Below are positions 49,846 to 63,445 of a DNA stretch of 64,000 bases, piece by piece. The stretch comes from Octopus sinensis (taxonomy: Eukaryota): the NCBI RefSeq assembly GCF_006345805.1, contig NC_043019.1, positions 15,127,360-15,191,359 on the forward strand. Direction: 5' to 3'. The position numbers and the translations under genes are program-made. The stretch's first letter is position 1. Each line of letters opens with the position of its first letter. Under the pieces are notes generated by a model, which saw only the letters and a list, made by a program, of their open reading frames with translations, was not told the DNA's origin and ran no database searches.

Positions 49846-50483
49846 CATGGGTGGTTTGACATGATGCAGTGAGCTGCAGGATTACGTTGCACTCCAGTGT
49901 CAGCTTTGGCATGGTTTCTACAGCTGGATGCCCTTCCTACCAGCAACCACTTCACAGTGTACACTGGGTCCCTTTTCACCCAGTGTGCATTGGGCCCCAG
50001 TTCTAGTGAAGTAGCCAAATAACTTTAAGACACAAAAAAAACAGGCAAAGAAAGAAAAAGAAAATAGCCCCTGCTACTGAGGAATAGTAGCAGGAATATT
50101 TGGAGGGGAAGTAGCTTAATGCCAAGCGTTGAAGGCTGAAGTATGACAGAGACACAAGCGGTGGGGGGGGTGCTAGAGAGGGGATACATACATGGCAACA
50201 TCACGTTACATGGAAGCAGGTGCAAGGAGTTGGGAAGGCGATACAAATAGTGATGGAATATCAAAGCAAATGCTTGAGGTACAAGAAGGGGAGTTTAAGA
50301 AAGGATACAGACACTGGGCCACAGGAGGGGGCAATGGGTACTTCCATAAGTGTGTGAGGGAAGAGTAACAGCCAGTTGGATATGAGGGTAGAGAAGGCAC
50401 AGTTGCTGGGAAATATCAGTACCCTCTAAAACAAAATTAGGGTGACAGGGGATGCTAACCAAAGAAAGATAAATAGGAATCAC

Positions 50484-50655
50484 CACTAGCATAGCTAGAG
50501 TGTGTGCCACCCAGGGGTGCAGCCCTTCAGTTTTCTACCTCCGAGCCCCCCCAAAAATACATATTGCCTACAGCAGACCCAAAAGTGGGGCTGCTTCCAT
50601 AAAAGTGCTGACAGGGGCAGACCGATCCTTCTACCCCGCTCTAGCTATGCTAGTG
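50484..50655. mobile_element. 172-bp hAT-like MITE
   Basis: Perfect 17-bp TIR CACTAGCATAGCTAGAG/CTCTAGCTATGCTAGTG. Flanks GGAATCAC and GGAGTCAT match at 6/8 and may be a TSD. Confidence 0.8.
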
Positions 50656-51536
50656 GGAGTCATGGCACAAGGTCATTGATATAGGGTTCGGTCCCACTGT
50701 GTGACACCTTGGGCAAGTATCTCCTACAGTAGCCTTGGACAACCAACCCCTGGTGAGTGGATTTGGTAAAAGGAATCGGAAAGTAGCCCAGCCTGTGTAT
50801 GTATGTGTGTGTGTGTATGTGTGTGAGTATGTGTATGCATGTGTGTTTGTCCCCCATCACCTCTTCACAACCAGTATTGGTTTGTTTACATTCCCGTAAC
50901 TTAAGCAGTTTAGCAAAAGAGACAGATTAAGCACCAGACTTTAAAAAAAGAAAACAAGTTCTGGGATTGATTTCTTCAACTAAAACCCTTCAGGGTGGTG
51001 CCCCAGCATGGCCACAGTCCAGTAAGAGGAAACAAGTAAAAGGTAAATAATAAAATATTTATTCATAGAAATTTATACCACAAATCAAGTCCCCCACGCA
51101 ACAAGAAGTAAGGATCATATTATCACAGTCCTGCAGTTAAGAATCTCTGACAGGGAGGCTCTCATTTTCTTTTTCCTCTCTCTCTCTCTCTCCTCTCTCT
51201 CTTCTCTCTCTCTCGGCTAGTTTTATGTGAACCAAGAAGCTGACAGTTTCTGTTCGTTTAGTAATAATTAATTAATTAAACTGATAATGAGAAACAAAAC
51301 AAGCGGCAGAGGCAGGAAGTTTTGTGTAAGTAAGGTCACCACAAGACAAGGAAGCAGAGGAGGAGGAGGAGGAGGAACATGAGTATGTATGCTTGTGTGT
51401 GTGGTGTGTGTGTGTGTGTGTGTGTGTGTTCGTGTGTGTATGTATAAATATGTGTCAATTCAGTATAGGTACAAACCTTGTAGCTTGCTTTGTAAAGCTC
51501 GGCTACAGGTGTGTGTGTGTGTGTTTGTATATGTGG

Positions 51537-51573
<37 letters not shown>

Positions 51574-52559
51574 TACTTAGTGTCAAGGACAAAATGAATG
51601 CTTTATATTCCAGCACTGGATGTTTTCAAAGACAACAAAAGCAATTACAATGCCAACTTCTGTTGCTGGGTTGGCAAATTCTTGGAGAAGCAAAAACCCT
51701 GAAACTTAAACAATGCAATAAACACAATGAGAACACTAGATTACCATTTTGTTGTTGTTGTTGTTGTTTTCAGTAAAAGACTTTGCTAGTAATTAGTACG
51801 GGATGAGTAATTGGAGCCAAATGAACCTTACTAATTGACAAAGAATACAACATCTGTCCGTCGTTTAACAAGAGAAACCCTTCAAAAATAAAGGAATCCT
51901 AAAGAATGTTCTTTTACCACCAACAGAATTTCTAAATTGGATTTTTGTTTCTTTGTTTTTTAGGGGTTTTTTTGAGTAAGCTGGAAGAGGCAGGTCAATC
52001 TATCCCATGCCACTCCCTCATTGTTTTCAAGCCCCTGTGACTCATTATCATCAACCACAGAACATCATTGTTTCAATTTCGGAGACTCATCAGATGGGTT
52101 ACTCAGCATCTGCGGCACATAAGTGACCAAAATCATAATATTCTTCCCTGGATGGGATGCCAGTCAATCACAGAGTTATTCATTGATAGGTGAGTGGACT
52201 GGAGCAATGTGGAATGAAGTGTTTTGCTCAAGAACACAACACAACACCCAGGCCAAGAATTGAAATCACTATCTTGCAATGAAATTGGTAAGGAATAAAT
52301 TCTCTTCAAACAGGAAACCTGGCTTCGAATGTTTGCAAGGGAAAGGAGATATTTATTAGAGCACCCAAAAACCAACATTAATCCCTCCAACATTAATCCC
52401 CACAACAGTAATCTCTCCAGTATTAATTCCTCCAGCATTAATTCCTCCAACTGTCTTCAGAACAGTTTCTTATTTTCCATACTTGCTGGGGTCAGACAGG
52501 AATTCATCGAGGCAGCTTTTCTACAGCCAGATGCACTCCTTGTCGTCAACCCCTGCCAA

Positions 52560-52922
52560 GTGACTGTGTGGTAAGAAGATTGTTTCCCAACCACATGGTT
52601 CTGGGTTCAGTCCCACAGTGTGGAACTTTGAGCAAATGTTTTCTACTATAGCCTCGGGTTGACCAAAGCCTTGTGAATGGATTTGGTAGACGGAAACTGA
52701 AAGAAGCCCATCATATATATATGTATATGTCTGTGTTTGTCCACCCACCATCGCTTGACAACCGATGTTGGTGTGTTTACATCCCCATAACTTAGCAATT
52801 CAGCAAAGAGGCCAATAGAGTAAGTACTAGGTTTACAAAGAATAATCCCTGGAGTCAATTTGTTCAACCAAAGGCAGTGCTCCAGCATGGCCACAGTCAA
52901 ATGACTGAAACAAGCAAAAGAA
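52560..52922 (+). mobile_element. SINE family A
   Basis: Near full length. Confidence 0.85.
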
Positions 52923-53717
52923 TAATATATATATATATATATATATTATATACATACACAAATGCATAAAGGTATTCCGAACATGACCATCTCATCTTTT
53001 TTGTATATCTAGGTACACAATAGACATTACACAGCATGTCCTACATTTTCTAAGTCAATTGGCCACGATCAGAAAAAGCAACAGAGAAAGAGAGAGAGAG
53101 AGAGATTTGGCTGCTATTTCTAGCCGACTCAAATAATGTGGTCCATACATATATATATAATTCAGCGAAGAGGTGTGCTGTATATAACAGGCAGCTATAT
53201 ATAATTTCTAAATATTAATACCTTTATTTAATGCTGAATATGAGACGGGTGTTTTATAGACAGACAGATGTAACAGCTGAAGGTACGGGGGGGGGGGATA
53301 AGAATGAAGGATGAGGATGAGGCGAGGAGGTGGTGGGGTGGGGCGGATAACCCAGATTTATAACATTTTTCTTGGTAAAGGGCTATATTTATGTTATTAT
53401 TATTATTATCGCTGATATTATATCATTTAAAATGAAAAGCAGATAATAATTCTAGCGTTAAATTATAGATTAATAACAGATTAATTATATCAGGATTACA
53501 GCTATATCGGAGTGGATTTCGTGAAATTAACTTGTCAAAAGAAAGTGGATGAGTTTAAGTTGTTGTTGCTGTAGTTGTTGTTGTTTTGCTCCAGACCAAC
53601 ACTGATACGGCAATATAGCAGATTTGTGATCAGAGACATTCCAGACATATCTCTAGATATTTTTCTTTTTGTCTGTAGACGGAAACTGAAAGAAGCCCAT
53701 CATATATATGTATATAT

Positions 53718-54135
53718 GGACGTAGGAGTGGCTGTGTGGTAAGTAGCTTGCTTACGAACCACATGGCTCTGGGTTCAGTCCCACTGCATGGCACATTGGG
53801 CAAGTGTCTTTTACCATAGCCTCGGGCCGACCAAAAGCCTTGTGAGTGGATTTGGTAGACAGAAACTGAAAGAAGCCCGTCGTATATATGTATATATATA
53901 TATATATATATGTATGTATATGTTTGTGTGTCTGTGTTTGTCCCCCCAACATGGCTTGACAACCGATGCTGGTGTGTGTTTACATCCCCATAACTTAGCA
54001 GATCGGCAAAAGAGACCGATAGAATAAGTACTAGGCTTACAAAGAATAAGTCCTGGGGTCAATTTGCTCAACTAAAAGGCGATGCTCCAGCATGGCCACA
54101 GCCACATGACTGAAACAAGTAAAAGAGTAAAAGAG
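53718..54135 (+). mobile_element. Full-length SINE family A
   Basis: Head, internal (TA)n, and tail AGTAAAAGAGTAAAAGAG. Confidence 0.9.
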
Positions 54136-55916
54136 AGCATATCTGTGAGACTATATTATCCATTGTATCCTTCTGTTTTGGCTTTTTTTTGTGAGATCTT
54201 ACAGTGTGGTCTGAGGCAGATTTGGCTGCTATTTCTGTCCACTGAAATTACACCCTTTGTCTTATGTATTTATACATGTATACAGGAGCCAAGGGAGAGT
54301 GTTACATGATAACCAGATCCAATAGAAACAGCAGCCAAATGTTCTTCAAATCACACCTTACAGCAAATTTTTACCAGGTGAGTGAACTGGAACAACGTGA
54401 AATAAAGAGTCTTGCTCAAGGACACAACGCATTGCTGGGAATTGAACTCACGATCTTACAACCGTGAGCCGAACGCCCTAACTACTAAGCCACATGTCTT
54501 TACTATTGTCCATAAACACAGACAAATACCCACCTACAGATGCATAGAAAGTATCTGTCGGTTACTTAGTGTTGTAATCCCCCTGAATTAAAAGTCTGGT
54601 CTGCGGAGGTTGTGAGGTGTAATTATAGTCCAACATAACCTAAAATATCAACAGCAAGGAATGAGACTGTGTCACTGAGGTGGAGGGAGACGGAGAAGGG
54701 GGTCGGGCAGGATGGCTTTTTATTTCTGTGTTTGGTAAACAGCTGGTAGAGAAGCGTGCGTGTGTGTGTTTATGTATGTATGTAAATGTGTGTGTATGTG
54801 AGAGTGTGGAGGGGGTTTCGAGAGAGAGAGAGAGAGACACAGACACACAGACAGACAGTGAGGGAGAAAAAAGTAATATAAGAGCTCCCAGCATCTGCTG
54901 TAATATTTTAATACATTCTCCAGTTCTACAGTTTTGGAAAAAAAATGTCTGGAATTCTTTCTCAGAGAATCGGCAGCAGCGGTGTCATGGTGTCATCAAG
55001 GAGAATGGCAATCAGAAAGGAAGTGTAAAAAAGAACAACAACAGCCTGTAATTAGTTTTACAGTACTTCTTCACATGATAAGGAGTGCAAGACAGTCTGA
55101 TTCCCCCCAAACGCCACACCACACCCATCCACCCCAAATTAAGGTCAAACAAGGTCAGAATTGCGTTGGGTAACCTTTTTGTTGTTCTTGCTTTCTGTTT
55201 GTGGCATTGTTATCCCATGAGTCTTTAGTCTTTATTAACCACTTTCATCATCAGTCGTTAAGTATAGACTTGTGTGTGTAAAGAGATCGCCTTGAAACCC
55301 GAACCAGCCACCCCACATTTCATAAACGGAATAAAATAAAATAAAATGAGCTAAAACATACATAATATGATATAAAATATAATGCCACTGGGTGGAGCAC
55401 GCATCGTGTTTTGATCACTGAGTACAAATTAGAAGAAACCTCCTTGAAACTAATTAGAAATACAAAAAAAAAAATTCAAAACTTATCTCACAGGAATATT
55501 AAGGAAAAAAACGGAGAGAAAAAAAATTAACAAATAAACACGATTATTAGTTGTTCTGTGAAGTTCTCCCACTTGACCTAAAACCTTGGCGACATGTGAC
55601 TAAAATAACATTTGCCATTCCTGTTGCTGTTGTTGTGGTAGTTGTTGTTGTTGTTGTCGTTGTTAATCCCCAGGTTGGTTCCGGTATAGCAGACCGTCAC
55701 GCAAAAGACATTCAAGCCCTAAGCCAAACAATCTGGGTGCCAGTGCGGCTGTGTGGTAAGAGGTTCGCTTGCCAACCGCATGGTTCTGGGTTCAGTTGCA
55801 CTGCGTGTCACCTTGGGCAGACGTCCTCTACTTTAGCTTCAGGCACCAACCGAAGCCTTGTGGGTGCAGTTGGTAGATGGAAACTGAAAGAAGCCTGTCA
55901 TATTTATGTATGTGTA

Positions 55917-56068
55917 TCATCATCATCGTTTAACGTCCGTTTTCCGCGCTAGCACGGGTTGGACAGTTCGACCGGGGTCTGGGAAGCCAGGGGCTGCACC
56001 AGGCTCCAGTCTGATCTGGCAGTGTTTCTACAGCTGGATGCCCTTCCTAACGCCAACCACTCCGCGAG
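55917..56068 (-). mobile_element. RTE-like 3' tail following a SINE A head (55735-55915)
   Basis: CATCATCATCGTTTAACGTCCG...CCTAACGCCAACCACTCCGCGAGTG. Confidence 0.8.
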
Positions 56069-56096
56069 TGTGTATATATATATATATATATATGTG

Positions 56097-56394
56097 TGGA
56101 GGCGCAATGGCCCAGTGGTTAGGGCAGTGGACTCACAGTCGTAGGATCGTGGCTCCGATTCCTAGACCGGACGTTGTGAGTGTTTATTGAGCGAAAACAC
56201 CTAAAGCTCCACGAGGCACCGGCAGGGGGTCGTGACGATCCCTGCTGTACTCTTTCGCCACAACTTTCTCTCACTCTTTCTTCTGTTGGCCTGCTCGCTT
56301 AGCCAGCGGGGTGGCGTCATTTGAAGGATAAATCAATGCAAAGCGCATTGTGACAAGCGATGTGTAGCAACATCTGATAGCCTGGTCGGTCATG

Positions 56395-56398
<4 letters not shown>
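56097..56398 (+). mobile_element. tRNA-headed SINE family E, CpG-rich, TA-flanked
   Basis: GGAGGCGCAATGGCCCAGTGGTTAGGGCAG (box A) and GGCTCCGATTCC (box B-like). Only one copy seen in the window. Confidence 0.65.
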
Positions 56399-56428
<30 letters not shown>

Positions 56429-56797
56429 CATCATCATCATTTAATGTCATCCATGCAGGCCTGAGTTGGACAGTCTGACCAGAGCTGGCAAGCTGAGGAA
56501 CTGCATCAGGCTCCTGTCTGATTTGGCATGGTTTCTACGGCTGGATGCCCTTCCTAACATGCCAACCACTTTACAGAGTGTGCTGGGTGCTGTTATATGG
56601 CACTGCAAGGGTTGTGAGTTCAATTCCCAGACAGAATCATTACATTCTGTGGTCAAACACTATTGAGCTTAGCTTTACTTTTCATCCTTCCATGGGCCCT
56701 AAAAATAAGAACCAGCGGAGCACTTCCCTCAAAACTGCTGGCCTTGTGCCAAAATTACAAAGAATTATTAATCTTATCATTCTTCTTCTTCTTCTTC

Positions 56798-56838
<41 letters not shown>

Positions 56839-56839
<1 letters not shown>

Positions 56840-57225
56840 TATGTTTGACTTTTGCTTTATGTCTGTACAAGTTGGCTCCAAGTCTCACCCAGAGACTCAA
56901 GAGACAACAGGTTGGAAGTTCACGTTGTTGTTATGCCTAGTGTGCCATACATTTGGGGGGTTTTTTGGGTGTTGTACTAGTGAATGTCTAATACATAAAT
57001 TTAAAAAAAAAAAGTTTGTTTTAAACCTTGGGATTACATAGAGAGTATTTTGCGTAGGATATGAGCAGTTCCCATGAGCACTATCTTTTGAATTTCTGCC
57101 ATTTTGGGGTTTCCTGGTATCTGAGTTAGGTAGCAATCAGCCCCTTTCGCTATCATTCCCAGGGCATCTATGACAACAGGTATTGTTTTAGTCTTCAGGT
57201 TCCATATTTTGCTGATTTCTATTTC
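56839..57225 (-). mobile_element. R4/Dong-clade (restriction-like endonuclease) LINE 3' fragment inside (TAA)n
   Basis: EIEISKIWNLKTKTIPVVIDALGMIAKG...IPGNPKMAEIQKIVLMGTAHILRKILS* is the RLE C-terminus. A 3' UTR of about 195 bp follows. Both flanks are (TAA)n. Confidence 0.85.
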
Positions 57226-58505
57226 ATTATTATTATTATTATTATTATTATCGTTATTATTATTATCATTATCATAATTATCAGTAAGGTTAATTGAAAA
57301 ACAGTTAGCTTTCATGTTTTTCTATGAATTTCAGTCGAAAACAAGTCTGACCCCAAAAGTACATATTTAATATATTTTCGCTGCAGTAGTAGTAGTAGCA
57401 GCAGCAGCAGCAGTAGTTTCTGGCACTTGTTGAGGCTCAATCAATTCAAACGATCTAATTAACCAAATTATTTATTCAAGACTTCCGTAGCTGGACATCT
57501 TCCAAGCATCATCTGCTGGTCTAGAAACACCTTCCATTGGGATGCAGGAGTGGAAGAGAAACGACGATGATTACAACAACAACAACAACAACAATGACGA
57601 TGATGATGATGATGATGATATTAATGGTGAACTACAGGGTTATTGTTGCTGTTGGCAGGTATTGTTGTCGTTTGTTGTTGTTGTTGGTGGTGGTGGGTAT
57701 GTTTTTTTTTTATTTTTTGGCAGTCATGGCATATCATGGACTACAGTATCCAAAGTATCGTTGATTTTTTGCCCTTTTTAAAGAAGGTAGGATGCAGTTT
57801 CAAAGAAATTTAGCTGCTATTTCCAGCAGGTTGAGTAACGTCCTTAAGGCTCCATCGTTGGCTTATTCCAGCTCATGGTGGTGATGATGATGATGATGAT
57901 GATGATGATAAAGGTCTTAATGGCATAGTGGTGGTGGTGGTGGTGGTTGTCATGGTCGTGGTATTTAAACCCCAAGTCAGCCCCAGCAGAGCAGACCTAT
58001 AATCAAAGACCTTTCCAGCCATAGCTATTTTGTTTTGTTTTGTTTTTTGGGGGTTTTTTTGGCAGACATAGTGTATCTTGGACAACATTATCCAAAGTGT
58101 CCTCTATTTTAGTCCCTTTTCTAAAGAAGGGTAGCAGAATGTGGTCCAAGAGAAACTTAGCTGCTATTTCTAGCAGTTCGTGTGACCTACTAAAGGTTCC
58201 ATCATTGGCTTGTTCCAGTCACTGATGATGTCAAGAAGGAAGAGGAGCAGGACGAGGAAGAGAAGCAGAAAGAGGAGCAGGATGAGGAGGAGAAGCGGGA
58301 AGAGGAATATCACAATTTGATGCTATAATAGTGTTACACTGTCAACCAAAATGTCATTGCCACCGGTTCCACAGACAGACTGTTATTGTCATCAGACGGA
58401 ATTTCATGGTCACGGCTCAGTCTGCTTGGCTGTAAACAGGTATCACATCCAAACATAGTCACTGTTGATGAATATAATGATGATGATGAGAAAGATAAAG
58501 ATGAT

Positions 58506-58905
58506 AGGCGTAGGAATGGCTGTGTGGTAAGTAGCTTGCTTACCAACCACATGGTTCCGGGTTCAGTCCCACTGTGTGGCACCTTGGGCAAGTGTCTTCT
58601 ACTATAGCTTCGGGCCGACCAAAGCCTTGTGAGTGGATTTGGTAGACGGAAACTGAAAGAAGCCCATCATATATATTTATATATATGTGTGTGTGTGTGT
58701 ATCATTGGGTGTCTGTGTTTGTCCCCACAACATCGCTTGACAACCAATGCTGGTGTGTTTACATCCCCGTAACTTAGTGGTTCAGCAAAAGAAACCGATA
58801 GAATAAGTACTAGGCTTACAAAGAATAAGTCCTGGGGTCGATTTGCTCAACTAAAGGTGGTGCTCCAGCATGGCCACAGTCAAATGACTGAAACAAGTAA
58901 AGAGA
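58506..58905 (+). mobile_element. Full-length SINE family A
   Basis: Head to tail intact. Confidence 0.9.
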
Positions 58906-59214
58906 AAGAGATGATGATGACGATGAAAATCAGACACACACACAATGGGCTTCCCTGCAGTTTCACTTTACCAAATTCACAGGCAAGGCACCGGTTGGCT
59001 TGCCCAGGGCTATCACAGAAGACACTTACCGATGCAGAGTGGGACTGAACCCGGAACCATATGGTTGCAAAGCAAGCTTCTAAACGACACAGAAGACAAA
59101 CAGACAAAAAGATTAAGAGAAAAAAAACCCTAAAATCTACAAAGCTGCCAATTAGCATTTCCTTTTACTCAATAAAGATGATTCATTTCCGCAGATAACA
59201 AAATATGAAATGAT

Positions 59215-59237
59215 AATGATATGAAATAATGATATGA

Positions 59238-59283
<46 letters not shown>

Positions 59284-59291
59284 TAATAATA

Positions 59292-59383
<92 letters not shown>
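59215..59383. repeat. Compound (TAA)n(TGA)n(TAA)n microsatellite
   Basis: Directly visible. Confidence 0.95.
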
Positions 59384-59384
59384 C

Positions 59385-59600
59385 CTTTCTACTAAAAGCA
59401 CAGGGTCTGAAATTTGGTAGGAGGGGACTAGTCAATTACATCGACCCCCCAGCGTTTCACTGGTACTTAATTTATCGACCCTGAAAGGAGGAAAGTCAAA
59501 GTCAACCTCTGCAGAATTTGAACTCGGAACGTAAAGACAGATGAAATACCACTAAGCATTCAGCCCAGCGTGCTAACAATTCTGCCAGCTCACTGCCTTA
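59385..59600 (-). mobile_element. SINE family B, flanked by (TAA)n on both sides
   Basis: Full reverse copy. Confidence 0.85.
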
Positions 59601-59620
59601 ATAATAATAATAATAATAAC

Positions 59621-59661
<41 letters not shown>

Positions 59662-61079
59662 TATATAATGACTTTTATTCAAGTTTTGTTTAGTTTTTTT
59701 TTTTTCTTTGTTAATTGCTATTTTGGTTCAACGAGACAGAAAATGAGAGGAAATATTCCTCCATCTGTTTCGTCTGCTCCAAAAGACTTCTTTCTTAGAA
59801 TTTACACTTTCTTTAAAACTTCGCCAGCTGTTTTCAAGAAAAGGTTTGCATTCGCTGCCAGACAGGCATGTTGTACCTCACCTCAAGAAACAAGAACAGA
59901 CCCTGCCACCCCCACCCTCAAACCCCATTTGCTTGTACACACCCTAAACACACAAACAGATATGCACACATGCATGCACACACTCATGCAACATCCCACA
60001 CACGGTTGCACATATTCAACCTCTCCCCCACCTCCTTACATGCGCTCCCACCATCACCACCACCAACAACAACAACAACACGTACACACCAAACCATGCA
60101 TTCACACAGACATCTACATGATCACAACCACATATACAGTCAGAACCACACACACACACACACACAGAACCACATAACCTCATACATACAAGCACATGTA
60201 TACACACACATACATACACACACACACACACACACTTTGCCTCATACATACATATAACCAAGCACACACACACACACACACACACACTAACAGACTTCAG
60301 TACACTGACACACGACAGGTTTTTTTTTGTGTCTTGTCATGAACCCCCTACCATGCCCACCACCACCAGAAATTAATCAATAAAAGGGCAACTCGAAGTG
60401 GGGTGGGGGACAATAGTGATCTTTGAAGACAACACACCAATGGCTGGGGGGAAGACGAGCACACACACACACACACCCTCTCGCTGATGCATAGGGTGGA
60501 TAATGTTAGGGGTGGATGACGTTGGGAGTGGGGTAGAAGGAATGATACCAAGGGGAAAGTATTCGGTGTGGGGGGAGCAATTCAATTAGAATGCCAATGT
60601 CAATTAACGGAGTTAATGAAGCTCTTAGTTGCTCTCTTTCAGAACGTTTATTAACGTCAACAATGCCCTCCCACTCTGGGGCTTCCTCCTCCTCCTCATC
60701 ATCATCATCATCATCATCCTCATCTTCATCTTCATCAATGTCGCCATCTTCATAATTTCTCTATGACAGACAATGAGTAAAGCAAGGTGGTTGTTGTTGT
60801 TGTTGCTGTTGTTTAATTCCTGATCAGGCAAGCCTATGATCAAATCAAAGGCTTTCCACTCATGAGCATCCTGCCTTTTGCTCAGACACAGTGTCATTTT
60901 AGGCAAGATTTATTATTCAATGAATGAATGGCTGAGTGGTTAAGAAGCTCTCTTTGCAACCACGCAGTCTCGGGTTCAATCCCACAGTGCATCACCTTCG
61001 GTACCTTGGGCAAGTGCCTTCTACTATAGCCCTTAGCTGGCCAATGTCTTACAAATGAATTTGGTGTGCGTGTGTGTAA

Positions 61080-61270
61080 AGGGTAAAGACACCCAGCAGT
61101 CATGAATGACCATGGGATTGCACCTAGAAAATTCCCCTCCAAGACACAAGTCCAGGCAAGGTTGTTTTTGTGGAAGACCAGCAGTTGCCCATGCATACCA
61201 GCCTCTCCCCTCTCCATGCCACCGATGTTATCCAAGGGAAAGGCAAAGGGGTCTGATACAGCTTGGCACC
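61080..61270 (-). mobile_element. SINE family D body fragment, followed by an RTE tail on + (61275-61445)
   Basis: Matches 22670-22850. Confidence 0.75.
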
Positions 61271-62569
61271 GGTACACTCTGTAAAGTGGTTGGCATTAGG
61301 AAGGGCAATCCAGCCATAGAAAGCACAACAACTGGAGCATGGCGCAGCTCTCTGGTTGGCCAGATCCTGCCAAACTGTCCAACCCATGCCAGCACGGACA
61401 ATGGACATTAGATGACAATGATGATGATGATGATGATGATGATGAGGAGGAGGAGGAGGAGGAGAGGAGGAGGAGGAGAAGGAGGAGGAGAGGAGGGAGG
61501 TGATGAATACGATCACACACAACCACACCATATACAACCATAGCATCAAATACCATACACAACCATTTATCAAACAACACCATGCTAACACACACACACA
61601 CTCACACACACCCTTATATACACACCCTAAACACCCCTTTTATACACCCAGTAATCCCTTCATCTCATTCTTACCATTTCCAGTAATGTTTATCTAAATA
61701 CTTCTCTCTTCCATTTCACAACTCTCTTAGAATTCCAAGTTTATTATATCTTCGAGAGAAACCCCCGCTGATAGCGTTTTACAAAGAAAGTACTTAAGGA
61801 CAGATGAGCAGGGGGGACTAAGGGTCAGGGTGGGGTGCTGGATTTAAGGACAGATGAATGAGGAGTGAAACTGAATTTCCCTAATGGAAGGGAATACAAA
61901 GTTAGATAAAAAGTTATTCTATAAATAGGGAAAGATATAAAAGTTGTCCCTATTTTGTTTTGGGGTTTCTTTGCCTTTTTTTTGCAAAAAAAATCTCTCT
62001 CTGTTGACTTCATTCAGGAAATAGAAATGTTTTTCAGTAAAGGAAGTCAACAGTTATATGGTTTATAGACATCAAACAAGAGGGGGGGTTGGGTAGTGTG
62101 TGTGTGTGTGTGTGTGTGTGTGAGTGTGCGTGTGCGTGCGTGCGTAAATGAGTGCAGATGGGAGATTTATGAGCAGATATATAATATACATTATACATGA
62201 CTGTGCGTGTGAATGTACGCGTGTATGTATGTATATACTATATATATATATATATATTATATATATATATACACATACACATAAACAATGCATATATATT
62301 ACTATGTCTAGTGCATGTATATGTATATAACTAGACGGATGGATGGATGGATGGTAGAATATACACACATAATGCGTATATATCTGTGATATGAGAGTGT
62401 ATATATGTGCACATACACATGATTGTGTGTGAAGGAGTACATGTATGTATGTACATGTGCATACACACACATAGTGTATTCATGAGAGAGGGTGTATTAT
62501 ATTGATCTATTGTACATGACTGTGTGTGTGAGTGTGTGTGTTCTTTTATTTGTTTCAGTAATTTGACTT

Positions 62570-62879
62570 CACACATTTGTAAGCTTAGTATTTATTCTAT
62601 CGGTCTCTTTTGCTGAACTGTTAAGTTACAGGGAAGTAAACACACCAGCATCGGTTGTCAAGCAATGGTGGGGGGGGGGACAAACACAGACACACAAACA
62701 TATATATATACAGATATATATAAGTTGGGCCTCTTTTAGTTTCCATCTACCAAATCCACTCACAAGGCTTTGGTCGGCCTGAGGCTATATTAGAAGACAC
62801 TTGCCCAAGGAGCCATGCAATGGGACTGAGCCCAGAACCATGTGGTTGGGAAGCAAGCTTCTTACCACACAGCCACGCC

Positions 62880-62880
<1 letters not shown>
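62570..62880 (-). mobile_element. SINE family A
   Basis: Body and head present. Confidence 0.85.
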
Positions 62881-62925
<45 letters not shown>

Positions 62926-63239
62926 GTTATGCTGGTGTGTTGTATACATATGAACATACATATACATGTATGTATATATATATGCACAGGGAAACAGCAA
63001 TAAAAACAACATTCCTTGTATTATTAGGGACCCAAGGGAGAAGAAATGGCAGGACTGTACTGGAACAGTGGACTGTTACTTATCAAAGTAGGGGTTAGTG
63101 AGGATGGATGATATAAATTCACTGAGTAAACATAGACCAAAATGGGGAGAGGCAGCTTACATGACCTTCTACAAAGCCCCAAAGACTGGTGCAGTAAGAT
63201 CTTGATGCTTATAACATACTGAGTTCTAATTCCATAGTT

Positions 63240-63445
63240 AAGCCCTTCGTTCCTTATGGAGCATGGGCCATTGAGGACTTTTCCCAGCTGTTTTCAACTC
63301 TGGGTTGTTCCTTTTTTGCTTGTCTCCAGTTGGATCCCTGCTTTTTTCCACTCTGTGCCAATTCCCTGCCTCCAGCTATTTCTAGGGTGCCTTCTTCCAC
63401 TTATATGGGTTCTGGTCAGGGCCAGATGTGTACTGCACTGAGACT
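63240..63445 (-). pseudogene. RTE-clade LINE extreme C-terminal remnant
   Basis: GRRHPRNSWRQGIGTEWKKAGIQLETSKKGTTQS*KQLGKVLNGPCSIRNEG resembles GRPRNTWRR....ELK..G..W......AQDR..WR..V.GLCS. Confidence 0.7.

Noticed and set aside
54900-55051. RQQRCHGVIKENG resembling a Tc1 C-terminus
   Set aside because: The similarity covers about 12 residues only, with no TIR or catalytic motif.
59690-59790. Imperfect hairpin as a pre-miRNA
   Set aside because: The stem is too short (about 40 nt in total) and interrupted.
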